DNA of 64,000 nucleotides from Ruminiclostridium sp. (GTDB lineage Bacteria; Bacillota; Clostridia; Oscillospirales; Ruminococcaceae), in the NCBI GenBank assembly GCA_017624025.1, contig JAGANY010000038.1, positions 1,759-65,758 on the forward strand, in the 5' to 3' direction. How positions within the stretch are numbered: the first letter of the stretch is position 1; the number at the start of each line of letters is the position of its first letter. Of the stretch, positions 58,101-64,000 are shown in pieces. The translations under genes and the position numbers were made by a program. The notes below the pieces were generated by a model. That model ran no database searches. It was not told where the DNA came from and worked only from the letters and a program-made list of their open reading frames with translations.

Positions 58101-58563
58101 TAATTCAATCAAATCTGAATGTAAGCCCGGTAACCTTTTTGAATATCGTACAAAAGAAGAATGCAGTTCGGCTATAACTCGTTTTTCCTGGGATCTTACA
58201 AATATCTACGGGGATAACATAATACTTATAAGAGTTGAGCCTAAGGATTCATACATAACCCTTGATGACCGTCTCGGAAAGATGCCGTCTGATTTCCATT
58301 TCAGACGCAAATGTGATTTGATAAGCTTCTGTGAGACACAGTTTATGCGTCAGACAGGCTGTTACGTCATAAATCTTTCAAAGCATTTCTATGCTTCGGA
58401 TAAATTTCCGCTTGGAGGTTCCCATGTTGTTCATTATGAACAGGAATTTTATCGTGAAGCAGGTATTTACCTCAACCATATCTTAAGTGGTTCAAAGGTA
58501 AAACGATTTGAAAAACCCGATGAAAAATATCTTAGCCTAAGAGATTTAAAACTTGAACGCTGA
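55102..58563 (+). CDS. FN3 + Ig-like + CapA (PGA_cap metallophosphoesterase fold) + two DUF6270-like domains
   Basis: VKWSAVEGADGY; VAVDRKG-like Ig segment; GDLM, ANNHNCD, LHWG, GSHPHV, SLGNF; IWGSCVSRE and VDFY motifs (VDFY twice). Confidence 0.75.
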   Translation: MRELLSSPANIEAVPCDSAVIVKWSAVEGADGYIMYFYSAEDSEKCIKRRYAKRLSKKILGFTNGMNYSVEVRAFYYKDGAEIIGKASEKADFSPISNTLKAQKVMCLSLSETQQIEWEYKNTRPEAEFECDDESIAVVDRKGVVRAVRTGTAHITIYSAGQKFTVTVYVNREITEKPSKAVMLFTGDLMCAVKHQSVCAKRGFDFNDSFNEVRELFKEADLVTGVLETSCYDGAPYEFEQLRLESGAPNCNSPSSFITAASEAGFDVLVTANNHNCDTGGAGIVTTSGNINRFGMVPVGTLNSNPVMCTVKGFRVAIIALNSISNGQEYRTNGLDENALGKYSRESLGDLVDAARNNGAEFVVVYLHWGAMNSSAITSSQIEEARFIAESDVDLIIGSHPHVLQPFRQIRTSDNRLVPCAFSLGNFITSQSEMEENRESIILRTELIRGKEETKLHISYIPCISVDSYCGVTVKLLENPYDDATEKSVARIKETIGKSIDTNSYRPKVLISGSVILDKIFASKSIAQLDRSALLLSQLTACGELNEVDVPNPFLRLDLTKDFPYYAKECGADYIAVDFYAAAAISCYRLGKNIYTGTKRFLKSEFYLEHKSEFERIKPPFAADFWKPLVKEYAEAVLEAFPSEKIILFREKFSDHLIKGGTELRNASVRGSLNKQIAEMEQYFITLTNPNIVNISQYYYNMGGSPSNYEPAYFIDACNAAYDIIYNNRRYIDTPDLDLWYDRMLSCYENMIARGYQSWFLDMKKASDIIIAYTNKAFAAENRERLLMLKISGSESLSGVSLFFKGDRGAKPIIEAAEIISAVLSGDTAKPYDFYAPVFDNKYNIIKKLIKVVSAETKVSLNDETVEKAMLLKNRPDQLMGFVFQLRERSVDIWGSCVSREVLNHCSKSSIGEYIFKQCPVLAYDNPVPAEIPEDVSLFDGNGWRRRALKSSFERDGMEKLKADNSNWIVVDFYDVICEMASYKDGLFEIDDFIKRTGFYNSIKSECKPGNLFEYRTKEECSSAITRFSWDLTNIYGDNIILIRVEPKDSYITLDDRLGKMPSDFHFRRKCDLISFCETQFMRQTGCYVINLSKHFYASDKFPLGGSHVVHYEQEFYREAGIYLNHILSGSKVKRFEKPDEKYLSLRDLKLER

Positions 58564-58580
58564 TGAAAGGATGTAAGAGT

Positions 58581-59876
58581 ATGCGAAAGCTTACTGATAA
58601 GCGGAAAGCTATACGAAAAGCGGTTTTACCGCTATTGCTGACAATGGTCGCAATATTATCGTCCGGCTGTTCCGATAGTGTTTCTTCACCGGCTCCCGGA
58701 GTAGCACAGACTATTCCGACCGTAAAAATAGAATATTCCGTAATCGAAGATGATGAAGAAATTGAAACCGATGCGTCTTCGGAAGCAGAGACGGAAACTT
58801 CTCCCGCTGAAACATCTTCTGTAACAAGCGAAACGGTTTCGGCTTCTGAAGAGGTATCTTCGGATACTGAAGGTACAGAGATTTCTGTTGATATACAGAC
58901 TGAGTTATCGGAAGAAACCGATACAGTTGTTTCTTCATCAACCGAAGCAGAATCTGAAATTACAACTGAAACGGAATCTGAACCTGTTCCCGAAAACACA
59001 CAGGCGGTTACAGAGTTTATCGTTGCGGACGATATAATTACAGAATCCGCCGAGGATTTGCCGATAGTAATATATGCGAAATCTGTAAGCTCTCCCGGCG
59101 ATGCTGTTGAAAAAACTGCAACTGCTTCGATAGATTACAGCAACGCTTCTCTCGGTTACATAAGTGCCTCTTATAGCGGCGACAGCAAGAGAGCGAAGCT
59201 TCGTATAGTTTGTAACGATGTGACCTATGACCATGACCTTTCGGTTACTGGTGAATATGAATATTTCCCCTTGTCACAGGGCGGCGGAGACTACCGTATC
59301 CAGATTTATGAACAGCTCGAGGGGAAGCTTTATTCTATAGTACTTGACCTTAATACTTCGGTAGATATCGATAGCGATACACAGACCTTTCTTTATCCGA
59401 ATAAATACGTCTGGTTCAGCGAGAAGTCAAAATGTGCCGAAAAATCAGCACAGCTTTGTGCTGGCAAAGATAATGTAATAGAAAAAATTGCAGCAATCTT
59501 TACCTATATTACTGATAATGTTTCTTATGACTATGACCTTGCGGCTTCTGTAACAAGCGGTTATATACCGAACCCGGACAGCCTTCTTGCAAAACAAAAG
59601 GGAATATGCTTCGACTATGCTTCGCTTTTTGCGGCTATGGCACGTACACAGAATATCCCTACCCGTCTTGTGATAGGCTATGCTTCACCCGATATATACC
59701 ACGCATGGAACGAGGTTTATACAGAGGAAACGGGCTGGATAACTCCCGAGCTTCTTCTTAATGAGAAGGGATATAATCTCGTTGACGCAACCTTCTACAG
59801 CAGTACACCGGACAAAACAACCATTTCGGAATATATCTCCAACGACGGAAATTATTCCGCAATTTACAGATATTAA
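58581..59876 (+). CDS. Transglutaminase-like lipoprotein with a long acidic S/T/E linker
   Basis: LSSGC lipobox; GICFDYASL (Cys), YHAWNEV (His), VDATF (Asp). Confidence 0.88.
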   Translation: MRKLTDKRKAIRKAVLPLLLTMVAILSSGCSDSVSSPAPGVAQTIPTVKIEYSVIEDDEEIETDASSEAETETSPAETSSVTSETVSASEEVSSDTEGTEISVDIQTELSEETDTVVSSSTEAESEITTETESEPVPENTQAVTEFIVADDIITESAEDLPIVIYAKSVSSPGDAVEKTATASIDYSNASLGYISASYSGDSKRAKLRIVCNDVTYDHDLSVTGEYEYFPLSQGGGDYRIQIYEQLEGKLYSIVLDLNTSVDIDSDTQTFLYPNKYVWFSEKSKCAEKSAQLCAGKDNVIEKIAAIFTYITDNVSYDYDLAASVTSGYIPNPDSLLAKQKGICFDYASLFAAMARTQNIPTRLVIGYASPDIYHAWNEVYTEETGWITPELLLNEKGYNLVDATFYSSTPDKTTISEYISNDGNYSAIYRY

Positions 59877-59889
59877 GGAGCAGAAAATT

Positions 59890-60927
59890 ATGGCTAAGCT
59901 TAAAAAACTTAATTTTGAACAGACTGCATTTTTCTTTGAACAGCTATGGCTTATGGTAAATTCGGGAATGCAGCTTGACGACGGACTTGAAATACTCGCC
60001 GATGATATCGAAGATACCGATATATCTTCGGCATGCGGTTTTCTTGCAGGGAAAATCAACGAAGGGGACGCAATTTCATCAGCAATAGATGCAAGCGGAG
60101 TTTTTCCTAAGTACGCAGTAAAAATGATAGAAATAGGAAGCGTTACGGGTAGGCTTGACGAGGTACTTAAAGGTCTTTCAGAATATTATGAAAACCGTTC
60201 CGAAACAGAAAGAACCATAAGATATGCGGTGTTCCATCCCTGTATGCTTTTTGTTATGATGGCAATAGTTCTTGTTGTACTTATAGTAAAGATCATCCCG
60301 ATGTTCTCTGACATCTTTTCACAGTTCGATACAGGTATCGGTACAGCTGTTTCCGATATTGTAAATATTGCTTATGGAACAGGCGAAGTAATACTTGTAA
60401 TACTTCTTGCTGTTATAGTTATTCTTGCGGTAATTCTTCTTGTTCCTCCTGTAAAGAGAGGATTTCTGAAGCTTGCTTCTGTATTCCCTCTTACAAGAGG
60501 TATCTCCCGCACTTTAGCACAGGCTAAGCTTGCTGACGCTATGTGTATGATGATAACAAGCGGCATCGACCCCGAAGAATCCCTTGTACACGCAAAAGAC
60601 CTTATCAGCGATAAAAAGCTTTCCACACAGCTTGACGACTGCCTTAAAAGAGTTAAGGAGGGCGAGTATTTTTCTGATGCGATATGTAATTCGGGAATGC
60701 TTCCGAAAATGTATGCCCGTTCTCTTAAAATAGCATATACCTCCGGTGCTTTTGATGAGGTATGGCGTAAGATAAGAACCCGTACCAATGATGCGGCCCA
60801 GAAAACTATTTCAAATCTCGTATCCTTTGCCGAGCCTGCAATCATATTCCTTCTTGCAGTTATGATAGGTGCGATACTTCTTACGATAATGATTCCTCTT
60901 ATGGATATTATGTCCGCACTCGGATAA
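59890..60927 (+). CDS. pilC: PilC/GspF-family platform protein
   Basis: QLWLMVNSG, IGSVTGRLDEVL, IIPMFSDIF, FAEPAII; ATG at 59890 after AAGGAG. Confidence 0.88.
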   Translation: MAKLKKLNFEQTAFFFEQLWLMVNSGMQLDDGLEILADDIEDTDISSACGFLAGKINEGDAISSAIDASGVFPKYAVKMIEIGSVTGRLDEVLKGLSEYYENRSETERTIRYAVFHPCMLFVMMAIVLVVLIVKIIPMFSDIFSQFDTGIGTAVSDIVNIAYGTGEVILVILLAVIVILAVILLVPPVKRGFLKLASVFPLTRGISRTLAQAKLADAMCMMITSGIDPEESLVHAKDLISDKKLSTQLDDCLKRVKEGEYFSDAICNSGMLPKMYARSLKIAYTSGAFDEVWRKIRTRTNDAAQKTISNLVSFAEPAIIFLLAVMIGAILLTIMIPLMDIMSALG

Positions 60928-60937
60928 TGGAGGGTAT

Positions 60938-61255
60938 ATGAAGATTTCAGGAAAATTAAGGATATACGCTGTTCCGGTAATAGTACTGCTGCTGTTTCTG
61001 GTCGTGCTGTTCCTTGTCCTTACAGGTATCGACAACACAGCAGATGCTTCACGCTCACAGCAGATGGATGCAGTGAAAAGATCAGTGGAGAATGGCATAA
61101 CGTTATGTTATTCAATCGAGGGTATATATCCCGATAATTTGGATTATCTTACCGAAAATTACGGCGTTAATTATAATAAGGATAAGTATATAGTTCATTA
61201 CGATTGTTTTGCATCAAATGTACGCCCTAACGTGGCGGTAATAGAAAAGGAGTAG
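60938..61255 (+). CDS. GspG/ComGC-like pilin-like protein without a class III cleavage motif
   Basis: N-terminal TM followed by a long helix and CYSIEGIYPDNLDYL (compare GspG Y..DNG.YP....L). Confidence 0.55.
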   Translation: MKISGKLRIYAVPVIVLLLFLVVLFLVLTGIDNTADASRSQQMDAVKRSVENGITLCYSIEGIYPDNLDYLTENYGVNYNKDKYIVHYDCFASNVRPNVAVIEKE

Positions 61256-61257
61256 CT

Positions 61258-61707
61258 ATGAAAATACTTAATAACACCAGAGTCACGGGTGTTCTTAATA
61301 CAGTTGCGAGCCTTCTTCTTTTTCTTATGTTCACGGTTTGTATGCTTGTTGTAATCGGTGCCGGTGCAGGCATTTACAGCAGAATCAATAAAAGCTATGA
61401 AACAACATACGGCTCGGCGGCTGCTATAAGATATGTTTCGAATAAAATTAAAGCGTCCGATTCCTGTGAAATTATCGAAAACGGAAAGGGAATAGTTTTC
61501 GAAAATGATAATCTTATGTGCATTATATATGAAGGTACGGACGGAATATATGAAAAGAATCTTCCTGTAGGTTCTGAAATAATTACTGACGGCGGAAATG
61601 TTGTTGTCGAGAATACAGGAATGACGGTTTCCGATAACGGGGATTTATATGAAATTTCCGTAAATTGTTCCGGCGATAACATAAAAATGTTTGTAAGGAA
61701 AGGGTGA
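61258..61707 (+). CDS. DUF4860-like minor pilin-like protein
   Basis: N-terminal TM, GAGIY, RYVSNKIKASD, beta-rich head. Confidence 0.6.
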   Translation: MKILNNTRVTGVLNTVASLLLFLMFTVCMLVVIGAGAGIYSRINKSYETTYGSAAAIRYVSNKIKASDSCEIIENGKGIVFENDNLMCIIYEGTDGIYEKNLPVGSEIITDGGNVVVENTGMTVSDNGDLYEISVNCSGDNIKMFVRKG

Positions 61708-62177
61708 TACTTCTGAAAATATTAAAAGGTAAGGCCGAACTTAAACAGGCGAACCTGTTTTTTATTGAGCTTCTCGTTGTATTGCTTTTCTTCAGCTTTT
61801 CGATTGCCGTTATTCTTAAAATCTTTGCTGTGGCTGATTACAAGCAGAACGCAAGTACTCTTACTGAAAAATCGATTATCTGTGCACAGAGTATTGCAGA
61901 AGTATTCTCTGTGAACGGTGATATTGCAGATACGTCGGCTTTTGTTTTCGGTGAAGAGGCGGAAGTAACTGACGGCGTATGCTGTATTATGCTTGATGAT
62001 GATATGAAGCCCTCGGCTGACGGCAAAAACGAGCTTATAATGACCGAAAAGCACGATGAAACATCGGCAGGAGTTCTCTCTTCCCTTAATATTGCATTCT
62101 CCAGAAATGAAAGCGAGATATATGCACTTGAATGTTATGCATATATTTCTTCGGACGGAGGTGCGGCTGATGAGTAA
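61704..62177 (+). CDS. Minor pilin-like protein (degenerate type IV N-terminus)
   Basis: N|LFFIELLVVLLFF keeps Glu+5 but lacks Gly-1; AQSIAE helix. Confidence 0.6.
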   Translation: MILLKILKGKAELKQANLFFIELLVVLLFFSFSIAVILKIFAVADYKQNASTLTEKSIICAQSIAEVFSVNGDIADTSAFVFGEEAEVTDGVCCIMLDDDMKPSADGKNELIMTEKHDETSAGVLSSLNIAFSRNESEIYALECYAYISSDGGAADE

Positions 62178-62664
62178 TAAAAGTAAAGGTATAAGCGGAA
62201 GAGGACTCGGAGTAGGGTATGTAACTCTTATAATGCTTTTTGCGGTTATTTGCCTTACTGTTCTCTCGGTGCTCTCGTACCAGGCAGCACGTGCCAATGA
62301 AAAGCTTAACGAAAAAAGCTCGGTTTTCTGTACCGAATACTATGCGGCTGACGGAAGAGCAAAGATGATTCTTTCCGAACTGGATAACGATGCTCTCGAA
62401 GCACATTCCTCGGGATTCTTTGCCGAAAGCTTTGCGGAATTATGCAATGAATACGAAAATATTTCTGTAAGACAGGTTCCGGAAGGTTTTTCTGTAAGCT
62501 TTTCTGAGCCTTTGAATGAAAGACTGAAGCTTTCTGTAAATGTTGTTTTTTATAATACGCCCGTAGAATCCCGTTATAGTATTAATGAATGGAAAACTAT
62601 TTCGGCGGATACGGAAGCGTCTGATGCACCTCTTGGCGTATGGGACGGAAGTCCGTTGGGCTGA
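62170..62664 (+). CDS. PilX/GspK-like minor pilin-like protein
   Basis: G|YVTLIMLFAVICLTVLSVLS without Glu+5; YYAAD; ATG at 62170 after GGAGGTG. Confidence 0.6.
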   Translation: MSNKSKGISGRGLGVGYVTLIMLFAVICLTVLSVLSYQAARANEKLNEKSSVFCTEYYAADGRAKMILSELDNDALEAHSSGFFAESFAELCNEYENISVRQVPEGFSVSFSEPLNERLKLSVNVVFYNTPVESRYSINEWKTISADTEASDAPLGVWDGSPLG

Positions 62665-62687
62665 TTAACTGAAAGGATTATTATTTA

Positions 62688-63746
62688 ATGGATTTATTAT
62701 CAATACTCAAAAATGCAACCGAAAAATCTGCTTCTGATATATTTATTGTAGGAGGTGCTCCTCTTAGTTGTAAAATAAATGGTTTGATTACAAGAATGGG
62801 AGATGCGATTCTTTCAGTTGATGATACCCGTGCACTTGTCACAGAGATTTTTGCTATGGCACAGATGTCTCTTGATGACGGAAGACTTCCCGAACGTGAA
62901 ATGGACTTTTCGTTTTCGGTAAAAGGTATGGGCAGATTCAGAGCCAATATTTATAAACAGAGAGGCTCTTATGCAGCGGTTCTACGATTTGTACCCTTTG
63001 AACTTCCGAATGCTGATAAAATGGGAATTCCCGAGCAGGTTATGGAGTTCAGCAAGTGTAAGGGAGGAATCGTACTTATAACCGGTGCTGCAAGCAACGG
63101 CAAATCTACAACGCTTTCCTGTATTATTGACCGAATCAATCACACTTCGGAAAACCATATTATAACTATCGAGGATCCTATCGAGTTTCTTCACAGACAC
63201 GATAAAAGTATTATAAGCCAGCGTGAAATAAATCTCGACACAAATAGTTATCTTGACGCTCTCCGTGCAGCATTAAGGCAATCTCCTGACGTAATTCTTC
63301 TCGGTGAAATGCGTGACTATGAAACTATAAGTATTGCTATGACTGCTGCTGAAACAGGTCAGCTTGTGCTTTCAACCCTGCATACTTTAGGTGCAGCAAG
63401 CACAATCGACAGAATCATTGATGTTTTCCCCATAAATCAGCAGCGTCAGATAAGAATCCAGCTCTCAATGGTATTGAAGGGCGTTGTCTCACAGCAGTTA
63501 TTACCATCTGTGAACGGAACACTTGTTCCTGCTTTTGAGATAATGTCAATGAACAGTGCTATTAAGACAATGATAAGAGAAGAGAAAACACATCAGATTG
63601 ATACTATCTTACAGTCTTCGCCGGGTATGCAGACAATGGACAACTGTATTATGGATATGTTCAAGAAAGGAATAATTACAGCAGAAACCGCTGTAGAATA
63701 CGCATATAATCCCGAAATAATGAGAAAAAGAGTAGGCGGGTTCTGA
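62688..63746 (+). CDS. pilT: PilT/PilU-family type IV pilus ATPase
   Basis: ASDI, GRFRAN, GAASNGKSTT, TIEDPIE, LLGEMRD, STLHT, AIKTMIRE (AIRNLIRE variant), GMQT; no PilB N-domain or Zn-Cys motif. Confidence 0.92.
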   Translation: MDLLSILKNATEKSASDIFIVGGAPLSCKINGLITRMGDAILSVDDTRALVTEIFAMAQMSLDDGRLPEREMDFSFSVKGMGRFRANIYKQRGSYAAVLRFVPFELPNADKMGIPEQVMEFSKCKGGIVLITGAASNGKSTTLSCIIDRINHTSENHIITIEDPIEFLHRHDKSIISQREINLDTNSYLDALRAALRQSPDVILLGEMRDYETISIAMTAAETGQLVLSTLHTLGAASTIDRIIDVFPINQQRQIRIQLSMVLKGVVSQQLLPSVNGTLVPAFEIMSMNSAIKTMIREEKTHQIDTILQSSPGMQTMDNCIMDMFKKGIITAETAVEYAYNPEIMRKRVGGF

Positions 63747-63765
63747 AAAATTAAATAGTCAAATC

Positions 63766-63804
63766 AAAAATCGCACTTCATATTTGCTAAGAAGTGCGAT
63801 TTTT
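63766..63804 (+). terminator. Intrinsic terminator
   Basis: AAAAATCGCACTTC...GAAGTGCGATTTTT. Confidence 0.8.
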
Positions 63805-63909
63805 GGCTTTATAACAATGAAAACGCTTACAGTAACCTAAGTGTAACACAATGGATGAAAAATGTATAAAATAAACAATAAATTGGTGGATAAACTGGCA
63901 TAAATACGC

Positions 63910-63938
63910 TTGACAAAGGTGTAATTATTTGGTAAAAT
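63910..63938 (+). promoter_or_regulatory. sigmaA promoter for a gene beyond the window
   Basis: TTGACA-17-TGgTAAAAT. Confidence 0.75.
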
Positions 63939-64000
63939 ACAATTGTATAGATATATAATTCGCATAATGGGAGAATAATAAAAATAGTTTAGCAATCTTT

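Noticed and set aside
7294-62664. Longest-ORF starts in the track (7294, 7773, 12692, 15369, 24931, 36026, 38319, 59761, 62056 and others)
   Set aside because: Downstream starts have proper RBSs and family-typical N-termini; coordinates were adjusted accordingly.

Overview
Chromosomal segment of an AT-rich Firmicute. Gene content and sigmaA promoters/RBSs suggest a Ruminococcaceae/Oscillospiraceae-like gut or rumen clostridium (inference). I saw no rRNA, tRNA, CRISPR array, transposase or prophage gene. The left half (1-30 kb) is a cell-surface sensing region: five ECF sigma/anti-sigma pairs, several lipoproteins, a barnase-barstar pair, a GH5 endoglucanase, and a two-component system with a Bcr-type ABC transporter and an S41 peptidase. 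The middle holds a second two-component module, a CHASE2 adenylate cyclase, two GGDEF cyclases, a small patch of decaying genes and a five-gene polyamine operon behind a ~400-nt structured, terminator-containing leader. The right end is an apparent 10.4-kb operon: toroid enzyme, CapA/DUF6270-like protein, transglutaminase lipoprotein, PilC, four non-canonical pilin-like proteins and a PilT-type ATPase, with no PilB or prepilin peptidase in it. The best candidates for something new are (1) this atypical type IV filament-like system, (2) the polyamine leader RNA (possibly the orphan ldcC motif), (3) an ECF promoter pattern with a shared -10 and variable -35, plus an inverted-topology anti-sigma, and (4) two ~200-230-bp REPIN-like palindromes with compensatory changes. 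All family calls come from motif recognition by eye; no database search was run.
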